Source: Promethearchaeota archaeon (GTDB lineage Archaea; Asgardarchaeota; Lokiarchaeia; Sigyniarchaeales; SOKP01). From it: a stretch of 56,371 nucleotides of DNA. The first letter of the stretch is position 1, and each line of letters starts with the position of its first letter. This document shows positions 1-10,421 of the stretch, in pieces. The notes under the pieces are model-generated. The model worked only from the letters and a program-made list of their open reading frames with translations. It did not search any database and was not told the origin of the DNA. The DNA lies in assembly GCA_019058365.1 (NCBI GenBank), contig JAHPZE010000029.1, forward strand, positions 1 through 56,371, in the 5' to 3' direction. Both the position numbers and the translations under genes were made by a program.

Positions 1-120
1 TGAAACAAATTCTGATCAGATCATTTCGCCATCACTGAATTTTGTATCTGATCTTGATTTTTTGTTTAAATACATTCGCTATTATTTTGTCAGTAACCTC
101 TAATAATATATTTAGACTCG

Positions 121-3087
121 ATGAAAATGAATAGTAAAACAGTCCTTTTTGTAAGTAGTATAATTGCTTTTATGTTAAGCGCTATTATGTTTCAATGCAA
201 TTTTTCTTGTAATTTCACTATTGAGGGCGAAAATTTTAGACATGATGAAGTAGAGTATCCAGAATTAGCTTCTTTAAGCAATAATGAAATCATCAATTCT
301 ATTTTTGATGCTAGAGTATCTGATTATTCTGATTTGGGATATTTCCCTCAGATCTATGAACCTTCACTACAAGCAACCTATTATGGTCTATACATTCTTG
401 ACACGATTGGAAAACTTAACCACATAAATCAATCTGAAATAATCAATTATATTATGTCTCGATATAATGTAGGTTCGGTCAGATTTATGGATACACTAGC
501 ATATCGATATTTAGATACAGATTTCTCCAAGACGTATTTTCCCTTAAATTCTATATTAGAAGTTAATTGTTATGCTATTATTTCTTTAAAAATATTAAAT
601 CGCACGGATTTATTTAATGTACAAGGAATGATCGATTTCATTTGGGATTGTTATAATCCAGAAACAAGTGGCTTTATTGGGCAGCCTTATACTGCAGAAT
701 TAGAGGAGGGATTTAGAGTTTCAACAGCTGATAATACATTTTTTGCTGTATTTACACTCAATTTATTGATGGATAATTGGGTGGGGTATTCCTCTAAAAT
801 ACAAGATATAATTCAATTTATAAATAATTTACAATATCCTGGAGGAGTAGGCTGGATGGGAGGGGGATTTCGAAATGATGATAATACTTTTGTTGATACT
901 TTGAATCCCTTTTTTGAACCCAATCTAATTTCTTCTTATTACTGCATAAAAACATTAGAGATATTCGGTATGGAAGAATCTATAAATATTATTGATTTTC
1001 ACCAATTTCTTGATTATTTGTATGATTCAAATTCTCACTATTTTCGAATATCTGAATGGGATTACGGTGTTAATTATACGAATATAGTTGCAACCGCTCT
1101 TGGATTAGAACTTTCAGATATCACTAGCTATGGAAATATCGATAGAGATGAGGCAATTGCGTTTATTATGGGAAATCGTAATTCTTTTGGAAATTGGGAT
1201 CAATCCACGCTAGTTGAGCTTCATGAATTCACTGACACATTTCAAATTATCCGATCTCTAAGAAATAGTAATGAAATCTCTCATTTCTCATTGGAGGAAA
1301 AAAATCAAATAGGAAACTCAACCTTAATGTACTCTTCTTATGAGGGATATTCTCTGCTTTCAGATGATTACACTTCTATGAATTATTTGCACACGATAAT
1401 TTCTTCATTTTCATTATTTGATCGTGTTTCAGATTTAGAGATTCAAGAGCTTTATACGCGTATTAAAAATTCTTATATAGATTTTGCTGATTTTGGGATA
1501 AGTAGATATTTTTATGGCTATCTCTTAGATGAAACAGAGATATTTTGGTTCCGATCTCATCCAATTGAATATTATACTTCAGGCCATAAAAATTATCTTA
1601 ATGATATTTCTCAGCTGAATTCTCATAAATCCACATACTTCGCCCTAGAATCTTTGCAAAAGCTATTTAAGTTGGATGATTTTGCTACAGAATTTGATTT
1701 AATGAATTTAGTAAATAATATTGTTGAGACTCAATTTTTAAATGATTCATATTACGAGAATTATGGGGGTTTTTCACCGATTTTAAAGTATGATGTTGAC
1801 CGATCAGAGTATCTCAATACGATAATTTACTGTGAATATACCTATTATGCTTTAAAATGTTTGGAGATCCTTTCGAATTTTCTGGCTCTTAATATTACCG
1901 ATTTGGGATTCGATATTACAGCTTTATACACATACCTTAATAGAAATACTATTGAGAATACTGAAACTCTTTACTTCAATCCAAATTATACTTCAGATGT
2001 TGCAACTATCTTACAAAATACTTATTATATGATATACATCTTAAAAATATTGAATTTATATGACAAAAATACTGAAAAAATCGAAACTTATGTGAAGAAT
2101 AACCTCAACTACAACAATATTAAGAATATCTATTATAGTTATAAGATCTCAGAAATATTAGACCTGGATGTAGGTTTTAATTCTGATTTAACTCAAGATT
2201 TAATACAAAACATTTACTCTGATGAAATTGAAGAATTTTACTTAACACCTGAAAAAAATAAAATAGAACTAGAAGCATTCTTATGGATATCCGAGTTGGC
2301 GAGGAATAGCCCAATTGGGATTAATACTCAATATTCTAGTGAGGTTCCATTAGGAGGAGTTAATCACATGGAAGTATCATTATCCAATCTTATAGTGAGA
2401 GATTTTGGTTCATATATTTCCTTTAAATTTGAAAGTAACCAAATAGGAACTACTAATTTTGATAAACTAAAAAATAACACATATGTAGCAGATGTACCAA
2501 TTCCAATGAATTTTGAAAATTATCCTACAATTGAAGGTGTATTATATGCCTATGAAGGAGCACAGATAAAAGCAGAATATAACATCGTTTTTAATACTAT
2601 ATACACATTAACTTATAATCTTAATATAACAACATCTTTATCTAAAGTAAAATTTGAAGTAAATAGTTCAATATTAGCCAATGAAAGGGAATATCCATTA
2701 ACTAACGGAAGTGTTTATACTGAGATCTACAAAGACGACATATTACTTGCTGCGCCAAATTTCGGACATACTAATCTCAATAAGTCCAGTATATTTAGTC
2801 TTGAATATGTACCAAAAGAAAATGGTACTTATTATTTTGAGATTTACCTTGAAGATGGATTTCAAGAATCCGAAGTTGAAATCGGAAACACAATATTTAT
2901 TAAAAAAGTCGATACTTCCGATGATCCCGACGATCCTATCAATCCCAACCAAAATTATGAAGAGAATGTTAAAACAGCAATTCCTCTCATGATTGCTTTT
3001 ATAGGAGTACCGGGGTGTGTTATCGCCATATCCTCTAAACAACTTGGTAAGGTCAAAAAACGACCAGAATATAAAAATTCAAAGTAA
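121..3087 (+). CDS. Secreted, C-terminally membrane-anchored protein with prenyltransferase/squalene-cyclase-like (PFTB, alpha/alpha toroid) repeats
   Basis: N-terminal hydrophobic signal; repeated helix motifs (LQATYYGLYIL, DNTFFAVFTL, SSYYCIKTLEIFG, STYFALESL) with GGF/SGF turns; beta-rich stalk; C-terminal TM plus basic tail. Paralog of 50871..56279. Confidence 0.7.
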   Translation: MKMNSKTVLFVSSIIAFMLSAIMFQCNFSCNFTIEGENFRHDEVEYPELASLSNNEIINSIFDARVSDYSDLGYFPQIYEPSLQATYYGLYILDTIGKLNHINQSEIINYIMSRYNVGSVRFMDTLAYRYLDTDFSKTYFPLNSILEVNCYAIISLKILNRTDLFNVQGMIDFIWDCYNPETSGFIGQPYTAELEEGFRVSTADNTFFAVFTLNLLMDNWVGYSSKIQDIIQFINNLQYPGGVGWMGGGFRNDDNTFVDTLNPFFEPNLISSYYCIKTLEIFGMEESINIIDFHQFLDYLYDSNSHYFRISEWDYGVNYTNIVATALGLELSDITSYGNIDRDEAIAFIMGNRNSFGNWDQSTLVELHEFTDTFQIIRSLRNSNEISHFSLEEKNQIGNSTLMYSSYEGYSLLSDDYTSMNYLHTIISSFSLFDRVSDLEIQELYTRIKNSYIDFADFGISRYFYGYLLDETEIFWFRSHPIEYYTSGHKNYLNDISQLNSHKSTYFALESLQKLFKLDDFATEFDLMNLVNNIVETQFLNDSYYENYGGFSPILKYDVDRSEYLNTIIYCEYTYYALKCLEILSNFLALNITDLGFDITALYTYLNRNTIENTETLYFNPNYTSDVATILQNTYYMIYILKILNLYDKNTEKIETYVKNNLNYNNIKNIYYSYKISEILDLDVGFNSDLTQDLIQNIYSDEIEEFYLTPEKNKIELEAFLWISELARNSPIGINTQYSSEVPLGGVNHMEVSLSNLIVRDFGSYISFKFESNQIGTTNFDKLKNNTYVADVPIPMNFENYPTIEGVLYAYEGAQIKAEYNIVFNTIYTLTYNLNITTSLSKVKFEVNSSILANEREYPLTNGSVYTEIYKDDILLAAPNFGHTNLNKSSIFSLEYVPKENGTYYFEIYLEDGFQESEVEIGNTIFIKKVDTSDDPDDPINPNQNYEENVKTAIPLMIAFIGVPGCVIAISSKQLGKVKKRPEYKNSK

Positions 3088-3141
3088 GATAAAACAATTC
3101 TAAATTTTTTCTTTTTATTTTGTCATTTTATTCTTCTGTTA

Positions 3142-3744
3142 ATGACCTCATACTTGGATTCTTATGACAATAAAATATCCCATCGGATCACAATTCATTT
3201 AATCAGCCAAATTTTGGATATTTTGGGTAAGTATAGTGATAATTATGAAAAAAAGTTAAATTTTACTAGATTAATGCAACAACTCAAAATCCCAACTTCT
3301 GAGATTGACGAATTTATTTCTTTAATATTACATTTTCAAGAAAAATTCGAACATGTCTTTAAGGAGTATCGAATAAAGAAAAAAAGACAAAATAACCAAG
3401 TTTATCTAACCGTAGAAAAAAAAGTGAAAGAGAAAACACCAATCATAATTAAAATTTTGACTTCACATTTAAATCTTTTTAATGATATAATCTATACATT
3501 CAAATTTGTAAAGAGAGGTAAGGGATTTGATACTTCTAAGAACGATTCAGAATTATTGACCAATCTAAAAGAGTTAAAAATTAAACATCCTTATCTCTTT
3601 GATCTGTACGAAAATGGAGTTATTTACCCATCAGAATTAGGGCTCAAGTTTGGAGAACTCATCATTTCATATAACAAAAGTAATAAAAAAATAAAAAATA
3701 TTCAAATCGAAAATTATACGTTTATTGTGGAGGAAGATGGGTGA
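3142..3744 (+). CDS. Hypothetical protein, possibly winged-helix; translationally coupled to Hef
   Basis: 200-aa ORF; stop overlaps the Hef start; 'GVIYPSELG' resembles a wHTH wing (weak). Confidence 0.6.
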   Translation: MTSYLDSYDNKISHRITIHLISQILDILGKYSDNYEKKLNFTRLMQQLKIPTSEIDEFISLILHFQEKFEHVFKEYRIKKKRQNNQVYLTVEKKVKEKTPIIIKILTSHLNLFNDIIYTFKFVKRGKGFDTSKNDSELLTNLKELKIKHPYLFDLYENGVIYPSELGLKFGELIISYNKSNKKIKNIQIENYTFIVEEDG

Positions 3745-5890
3745 AATAAAAGAAGTAACAAATGAGACATCAAATCTTAATTCTAATGAACTCCAAATAA
3801 GAGAGTATCAAATTAATATCGCGAATAAATGTGTGAATAAGAATTCATTAGTAGTATTACCAACTGGACTTGGAAAAACTATAATTGCGGTGTTGGTGGC
3901 AAGTAAAATATTGAATTTTTCTCCTCCTCAAAGTAAAATAATAGTGCTCGCACCTACACGGCCATTGATTAATCAACATTATGAGACATTTTTACGATTC
4001 TTAAAAATACCAAAGGAAAAATTGGTTATTTTAACAGGAAAAATACTTCCTGAGAAAAGAATTGATCTTTTTAATAATAATGAGATTTTGTTCTATACTC
4101 CCCAAACATTGCGAAATGATTTAGTTCTTAAAAAATATATATTGGATAATACAGCATTGATAGTATTTGATGAGGCTCATCATGCTTCGGGAGATTATGC
4201 ATATTCGATGATTGCTGATGAGTTTATAGATCATAACCCAGATGGAGTCATTCTCGGTTTGACAGCTTCACCTGGTTCTTCAAAAAATAAAATAAATACA
4301 TTATGTACAAATTTACATATTCCAATCGAAAATATTCATATCCGAACGCGTAAAGATGATGATGTAAAAACTTACCTTAAACCCATGGATATTTACAAAA
4401 TTGGTGTTAATTTAACAAGTTTAATGGAAGATGTATATCATTTACTAACTGTAGTATTAGATGAGCGACTACATTACCTTTCTCAAATAAATTTTTTAGA
4501 AGCAAACGGAAAAAAATTACATACTAAGGTGATCCGAAAGGATTTACTTAAGTTAAATGCAGAGTTAGTAATTACTTTAAAAAATAATGGAGATAAAACA
4601 GGAGTGTATAGTGCTTTATCAATCAATGCTCAAGCTTTAATTCTATTTCATATGCTAGAACTCGTTGAACAACAAGGATTAAACGTGTTGTTGGACTATT
4701 TTAATAAGTTGAATAGGGATGCGAAAAAGAAAAGTTGCTCAAAAGCAACAAAGATTTTAGCTTCAGAGGGTCGTTTACAAAGAATTTACTTAGAGTTAAA
4801 AAAAAATGTAGCATTCTCTCCTGAGAATTTAATCCATCCAAAATATCATATCTTAGTCAAAATTATTCAAGACGAATTGTACAATAATCCTACTTCTAAG
4901 ATCTTAGTCTTCGTAAAATTAAGAAATTCTATAAGAAATATTGTGCATAACCTAAAAGATATAAAATCAATAAAACCAGTAAGATTCGTAGGACAATCAA
5001 CTAAGTCTCAAGACGATAAAGGATTATCGCAAAAACGGCAGATAGAAATTCTTAATGAATTCAAACAAGGAATATATAATACATTAGTAAGTACTAATGT
5101 CGCAGAAGAAGGATTAGATATCGCTGAATGTGATTTGGTTATTTTCTACGATGTGGTAGCTTCAGAAATTAGACTTATACAACGTAAAGGAAGAACAGCT
5201 AGACATCGAGAAGGAAGAGTCGTCATTTTATACACTAAAGGAACTCGTGATGACGTATATCTAAGAATTGCATTGAGTAAATTGAACCGAATGAATATTA
5301 ACCTAAAAAACCCTCAACAGCTAAAAGATTCTTATAGATTTGAATCACCTCAAAACATTACCATTGAAAAAGAAGTTCTACCGAAAGAAGACTATAGAAC
5401 TCATAAAGAATCCATATCACAAGAATTTTTTCCTAAGAAAATAAGTAAAAGAAACTATCAATCAAAGCTCCAGTCTTTTATTGCGGGTGAACAATTAATT
5501 AAATCTAACAGTCCAGTAAAATTGAGTAAATCCCTCCCCATGAAGTACGGTTTACGAAAAAAACTGCAAAATGAAAAAATATTATATGATATTGAGGAAT
5601 CTGACCTTGATATCGTGCTTTTTAATAAGATTCTTATCCAGATATATGATCCAAAAGAATATGATTTAAAATCTCTAATTTCTGACATAGAAGATTTCAG
5701 GCAGATAACTTCACTTTTAATTATTGTATTTGATTTTATTGAGTTTAAAGAAGATATGGAAGGTGAAAAGAGAATATTAAAAAGAAAAATCCAAGAGGTC
5801 TCTAAGCAACATAATTTTCAAGCAATTACCATTGATAATGAAGAAGAACTATATTTTATCATAAAAAATGTTTTAGAAAATCCTAAATAA
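3737..5890 (+). CDS. hef: Hef/FANCM (Mph1)-family SF2 helicase with degenerate C-terminal ERCC4-like domain
   Basis: REYQ Q-motif, LPTGLGKT, DEAHH, GLTASPG, EEGLDI, IQRKGRTAR; ATG at 3737 preceded by GGAGGA. Confidence 0.9.
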   Translation: MGEIKEVTNETSNLNSNELQIREYQINIANKCVNKNSLVVLPTGLGKTIIAVLVASKILNFSPPQSKIIVLAPTRPLINQHYETFLRFLKIPKEKLVILTGKILPEKRIDLFNNNEILFYTPQTLRNDLVLKKYILDNTALIVFDEAHHASGDYAYSMIADEFIDHNPDGVILGLTASPGSSKNKINTLCTNLHIPIENIHIRTRKDDDVKTYLKPMDIYKIGVNLTSLMEDVYHLLTVVLDERLHYLSQINFLEANGKKLHTKVIRKDLLKLNAELVITLKNNGDKTGVYSALSINAQALILFHMLELVEQQGLNVLLDYFNKLNRDAKKKSCSKATKILASEGRLQRIYLELKKNVAFSPENLIHPKYHILVKIIQDELYNNPTSKILVFVKLRNSIRNIVHNLKDIKSIKPVRFVGQSTKSQDDKGLSQKRQIEILNEFKQGIYNTLVSTNVAEEGLDIAECDLVIFYDVVASEIRLIQRKGRTARHREGRVVILYTKGTRDDVYLRIALSKLNRMNINLKNPQQLKDSYRFESPQNITIEKEVLPKEDYRTHKESISQEFFPKKISKRNYQSKLQSFIAGEQLIKSNSPVKLSKSLPMKYGLRKKLQNEKILYDIEESDLDIVLFNKILIQIYDPKEYDLKSLISDIEDFRQITSLLIIVFDFIEFKEDMEGEKRILKRKIQEVSKQHNFQAITIDNEEELYFIIKNVLENPK

Positions 5891-5906
5891 GATAAGGTGA
5901 TTAAAA

Positions 5907-6425
5907 ATAGAAGAAATTGCATGGAAAAAGGATGATACATTATATTTAGTGTTTCCTTGTGCTAAATGCAAACAATATACGTATGTAAAAAACACTCAAA
6001 AAACAAAAAGATGTGTACGTTGTGGTCATTCACATACAGTTACTAAGATTTTGGAGAGTGGTGAAATTGTGAAAGGTATCTCAATTGCTGTACAAACTGT
6101 AAAAAGAAGACAAGATGAGTTCGCCTTAAAGGAGTTAGGGACTCACCCTCAATTTAGAGCATTAAAAGATTTCAAGATTGATAAAACGATTAAACTACAA
6201 CAAAAAATAACTGATGAGAAGAGTGACGATAAAAATTATGTCAAGTTCAAAAAACTGCTTATTGAATTATCCGCCCTGTATAGAGAATTCCCTTTTTATT
6301 TAATCGAAATTATGGCTGAAAAATATGAGATTCCCGATTCAGAAGTAAAGCTTTTAACAAGAAATTTTCTAAATCGAGGAATTTTAATTCGGTTAGAGGA
6401 TTCTTTATTTAAATTAAATCAATAA
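5907..6425 (+). CDS. Zn-ribbon (DUF1922-like) protein with C-terminal helical/wHTH-like domain
   Basis: CAKC...CVRC motifs. Frame is open from 5901; AGGTGA lies 6 nt before ATA at 5907 (track start is GTG 5949). Confidence 0.7.
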   Translation: MEEIAWKKDDTLYLVFPCAKCKQYTYVKNTQKTKRCVRCGHSHTVTKILESGEIVKGISIAVQTVKRRQDEFALKELGTHPQFRALKDFKIDKTIKLQQKITDEKSDDKNYVKFKKLLIELSALYREFPFYLIEIMAEKYEIPDSEVKLLTRNFLNRGILIRLEDSLFKLNQ

Positions 6426-6485
6426 TGAATAATGGATAGTCTAAATTAAAATTAGAGTAAATTAGTTCTTTAATTCATTATATTA

Positions 6486-6710
6486 TTATTTAAATTGGTT
6501 TATTACATCTGCAAACTCATTTTTTAGGATTGTTTGATAGATAGGATGCCTTTCTCGAAAAGGAATCCTTTCAAAACCTAGATATATATAACGTTTTGAT
6601 TTTCCAAATTCAGAGAAGGGGATAATTAATTTTTTCAGACTGACGGGTTCACTAATAATCTCTGCTTCAATAGGATCTTCAGATTTTTTTTCTAATGTCT
6701 TAGAACTCAT
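6486..6710 (-). CDS. Small hypothetical protein (ERHPxYQ family, copy 1)
   Basis: Paralog of 6819..7046 (MSSxTxEKK, IIPFSxFG, FxERHPxYQ, NEF); GTGA upstream of ATG. Confidence 0.75.
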   Translation of the reverse strand: MSSKTLEKKSEDPIEAEIISEPVSLKKLIIPFSEFGKSKRYIYLGFERIPFRERHPIYQTILKNEFADVINQFK

Positions 6711-6818
6711 TCTATTATCACATTAACACCTTATAATATAGGGTAAAATCATAAATATTTAAAGAAAAATAATAAGGCTAAAGAGAATTTATGATTTTTT
6801 CTTACTTTTTTTCTCAGT

Positions 6819-7046
6819 TTAGTCACAAGTTTCCTCAGTAAACTCATTCAATAAAAGCTTTTGATATACAGGGTGTCTTTCATTGAAGTTGATATCTTCA
6901 TCACCATTATAAATATATAAAGGATTTTTGGAACTACCAAAATTCGAAAAGGGTATTATAATATCATTAAAATTAATGGAGTCCTCTTTATATGTATCGT
7001 AAATAGGAAAAATATATTCCTTTTTTTCAACTGTTTGAGAACTCAT
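6819..7046 (-). CDS. Small hypothetical protein (ERHPxYQ family, copy 2)
   Basis: Paralog of 6486..6710; purine-rich SD-like sequence upstream. Confidence 0.75.
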   Translation of the reverse strand: MSSQTVEKKEYIFPIYDTYKEDSINFNDIIIPFSNFGSSKNPLYIYNGDEDINFNERHPVYQKLLLNEFTEETCD

Positions 7047-7210
7047 GATTAACCCCTTTTCATAAATTATGCTTATATCTGTAATTAAATACTAAATATT
7101 CAAATATAAAGTCTATTGGAATAAAATTGAAGTATTTCTCATTTTTAGCAAAAAAAATATATATGTTTGCACTATAAATCTTCTACATTATAATCTAATT
7201 TATATTAATT

Positions 7211-7495
7211 ATGAGCGAAGAGAAAAAGAAAGAAGTACATCCTATCGTTAAGAAAGCTCTGGAGATAGTATATAAGGAGGGTGATACCGTAAATTTCGAT
7301 GATTATGCAATTGAAGAATTGCAAGAAATGCTTAAAGAATATTTTGAAAAACCTGAGTTGCGTAAAGCAGTTATAGACTTAATTAATTTGGCAGGATTAT
7401 TTGAGGAGCAAGGATCTCATTCTGCATCAATGAGACTTATTATGGTTGTTAGTACTGCCGCAGATGCTTTAAAAAACTTAAATGAAAGGATATAG
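7211..7495 (+). CDS. Small helical hypothetical protein
   Basis: 94-aa ORF filling an intergenic gap, typical composition. Confidence 0.7.
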   Translation: MSEEKKKEVHPIVKKALEIVYKEGDTVNFDDYAIEELQEMLKEYFEKPELRKAVIDLINLAGLFEEQGSHSASMRLIMVVSTAADALKNLNERI

Positions 7496-7520
7496 ATTTA
7501 CTTTTTTTGGAGTCTTGAAT

Positions 7521-7796
7521 TCAATCTTTATCGTTATTTTTGAGTTTCTTCAAATAAAGTTTCATGAAATAACGTTCACTTTCACAAAATTCGAGTTTTT
7601 GCTTCTTAGAAAGATTCACACAATTTAATAATATTGCATGTATTTTTTGTAGAGTGGTTAAATTCTCATCACATATATTTTCGATGTTTGCTTCCACCAC
7701 TTTTTCAGATTGGGTTTCTTTATTTACAGAATCTTTTAGTATTGATTCTGATCCTTGGATTTTAATATTATTTTTCTTTATAGTTTTAGAATTCAT
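7521..7796 (-). CDS. Small hypothetical protein
   Basis: 91-aa ORF; N-terminus MNSKTIKK resembles those of the two small paralogs. Confidence 0.55.
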   Translation of the reverse strand: MNSKTIKKNNIKIQGSESILKDSVNKETQSEKVVEANIENICDENLTTLQKIHAILLNCVNLSKKQKLEFCESERYFMKLYLKKLKNNDKD

Positions 7797-7877
7797 GCTT
7801 TCTCAATCTGATATGTTAATATTATAGTAAGTAAAAAAGAATATAAAGAAAAAATTCTAAAGATTGAGTCAAAACGC

Positions 7878-10403
7878 TTAAGATTTTATGATTTTCTTGC
7901 ATAGATTTATTCCTAAACCTGTTTTCTTATTAAGAGCATAAGAACTTTCTCTCTTTACTTGCGAAGCAGTATGATAACCGGCATTATATAAAATCCTCGC
8001 TCTTACTCTTGCCACATCATTTAATCTTAAAACTAAATCAAATAATTCTTCTTGAATCCCGTAATGTAATCGAATTCTAAGTGTTTCTGACATCTCGGCT
8101 ATCCGTATGAGTTTATCTTGTAGATCTAACCCATGTGTGCTTAAATTACTGGCGATAATCCCGATAAATGTAATTACTCTTTCTAGGTTATCCCTTACTG
8201 AAAAGAGATCTCCAGTCATAATTTTATATTTCTCTAAAATTTGCTCAAGAGGTTCTTCGTCTGCCCATTCTAAGATTGGTTGGAGCATTTTATTGTCTTT
8301 TACACGGATTTCAGCCTTTAGCACATCATAGGCTTCCTTAATTAATTCTTGAATACTATTCATTGCGATATTTTCTAGCTTGTATCTAATTATTACACCA
8401 GAAACAGGATTTAAATACAGTCGAATTATTAATTTGCCAAATTGAGAGCATTTTATTGTGCCATCATCATTTTTAATGATTAAACCCTTTTCAAATAAGT
8501 AGTTTAAGATATACTGATTTTTTATTGACTTTGGGATAATGGAATCCACATATTTTTGGAAATTAACATCAGGATACTGTATCAAATATGTTAAAAAAGT
8601 GGTGATATGATCGCAGAATTCAAACGAAAATTCACTATTGGCAAAATTGTCAGAGATTCCATTTTCAAATCCACATGAGCATTGAATTCCGGAAGTGATA
8701 TCAAATTGACAGAAGTATACTCCAAATTGGGTCTTTACATAACCTGAAATATTCTCATTATTAAATTTCGAAAGTTTGATTTGAAATGTTGCATTCTTTA
8801 GAGTTTTTACTTTATTCGCATCGGAATGAAGTTTTAAAATATTTATAGGAGTAATCTCTTTAATCATCAACAACTGTTCAATTGGTATTTTTTGTTCTTT
8901 CATTTTTTGCTTAATTCCATACCAAAAGTAGGTTCTCTCAAAAAAGCTCTTTAATTGTTCTAATGTGATTTTTTTTTCCTCATATATTCGTAGAAGTACT
9001 TGTTCTTTGAGAGTATTAATTTTATTCAATCCAGAGGTCAAATCATTATATCGTGGAATCAAAGAATTTTGTATAGGTTGACTTTGAAAGAAATGCTCTT
9101 CAACCCACATCTTTTCATCGACATTTTTGGTTAAAATAATTCCATATCCGACCGAATCAAGTCCAGGACGACCTGCACGACCCAAAATTTGGTGACACTC
9201 ATTTGCAGAAAATGGTTTGAAATAGGAAAACCCATCACCATTTTCATGAAATTCGGAAAAGTTTTTGATATTATGCCCAGATGTAACATATTTTTTGAAG
9301 TCTTTAAGAATAACCAAGCGCGCGGGAACGTTGATTCCCGCGGATAGCGTCGTGGTTGAACAGATTACTTTAATTATCCGTTTTCTAAAATTGTCTTCAA
9401 TAATTTTTCTCTCTTTAGGAAGGAGTCCTGCATGATGAAAAGCTACTCCGGATTTAATCACTTGTTGTAAATCTTTATGACCTCCCCTAATTGAACTTAA
9501 ACGTTTTTCTAAAGCTCTACAAAGATTAAGTTCATTTTCCTCTAGAAACTTTTTCACTAGATTTTTTATGTTTTCTGCTGATTGTTGAGCACTTTTTCGT
9601 TTATTTAAAAAAATAAGGACTTGTCCATTTTTTTCCAACGTGGCTTTTACAATTCTTTTTATAGTGGAATCTTTATTCTGTGTAATTTCAATTTTATAAT
9701 GTAACTGTACGGGGCGTTTATTGGATTTTATTAAGGTTGTCTTATTTCCCAAAGATGTGAGCCACGAGTTAAACAATTCTGGATTTGCAATTGTAGCCGA
9801 AAGACCTATTATTTGAGGATTATTTAAGAATTCATTTAACCGAACAATAAGAGATTCCAATCGCGGACCACGATCATTTTCACCAATGATGTGAATCTCA
9901 TCAATGATGATGGTAGAAATATTGAAAATCCATTCTTTATCATAAAAATTTCTTAAAATGGAATCCATTTTTTCATAGGTAGTTACAATGATATCTGCTT
10001 TTTCTAACTTTGAATCGTCTACATCATAGTCTCCTATTGAAAGCTCTACTTTCACTCCAAAACGTTCATAACTTTTCTTGAAATGAATATATTTCTCAGT
10101 AGCAAGAGCCTTATAAGGTACTAAATATATTGATTTTCCAAATTTTTGAAATATGTTATTTAGAGCACAAACTTCTCCAATTAAGGTTTTTCCACTCCCT
10201 GAGGGTGCACATATTAAAAAGGATTTTCTAAAAAATAATCCCTTCTTAATGGCTTCCTTTTGAATTTCTCGTAATTGAAATATTTTTCCTTCAAAAAGAA
10301 CTCTTAAAATTCGTTTGTCTGTAATAAACTTAAAAATTTCACGGTCGGAATTAGTATTTACCTCCTCACTTTCAGGACTTTCAGTAAAGTCTGTTAATGA
10401 TAC
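7878..10403 (-). CDS. hel308: Hel308/Hjm (Ski2-like) SF2 DNA helicase with SWIM-like Zn-finger insertion
   Basis: DEIH, GLSAT, FHHAGL, TLSAGIN, QILGRAGRPG, C-terminal HhH. The frame continues upstream of the track start (10055) to 10409 and encodes LREIQKEAI and Walker A APSGSGKT. Proposed start is GTA at 10403, 6 nt after AGGTGA. Confidence 0.88.
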   Translation of the reverse strand, partial: VSLTDFTESPESEEVNTNSDREIFKFITDKRILRVLFEGKIFQLREIQKEAIKKGLFFRKSFLICAPSGSGKTLIGEVCALNNIFQKFGKSIYLVPYKALATEKYIHFKKSYERFGVKVELSIGDYDVDDSKLEKADIIVTTYEKMDSILRNFYDKEWIFNISTIIIDEIHIIGENDRGPRLESLIVRLNEFLNNPQIIGLSATIANPELFNSWLTSLGNKTTLIKSNKRPVQLHYKIEITQNKDSTIKRIVKATLEKNGQVLIFLNKRKSAQQSAENIKNLVKKFLEENELNLCRALEKRLSSIRGGHKDLQQVIKSGVAFHHAGLLPKERKIIEDNFRKRIIKVICSTTTLSAGINVPARLVILKDFKKYVTSGHNIKNFSEFHENGDGFSYFKPFSANECHQILGRAGRPGLDSVGYGIILTKNVDEKMWVEEHFFQSQPIQNSLIPRYNDLTSGLNKINTLKEQVLLRIYEEKKITLEQLKSFFERTYFWYGIKQKMKEQKIPIEQLLMIKEITPINILKLHSDANKVKTLKNATFQIKLSKFNNENISGYVKTQFGVYFCQFDITSGIQCSCGFENGISDNFANSEFSFEFCDHITTFLTYLIQYPDVNFQKYVDSIIPKSIKNQYILNYLFEKGLIIKNDDGTIKCSQFGKLIIRLYLNPVSGVIIRYKLENIAMNSIQELIKEAYDVLKAEIRVKDNKMLQPILEWADEEPLEQILEKYKIMTGDLFSVRDNLERVITFIGIIASNLSTHGLDLQDKLIRIAEMSETLRIRLHYGIQEELFDLVLRLNDVARVRARILYNAGYHTASQVKRESSYALNKKTGLGINLCKKIIKS

Positions 10404-10421
10404 CTTAAATCACCTTAATAG

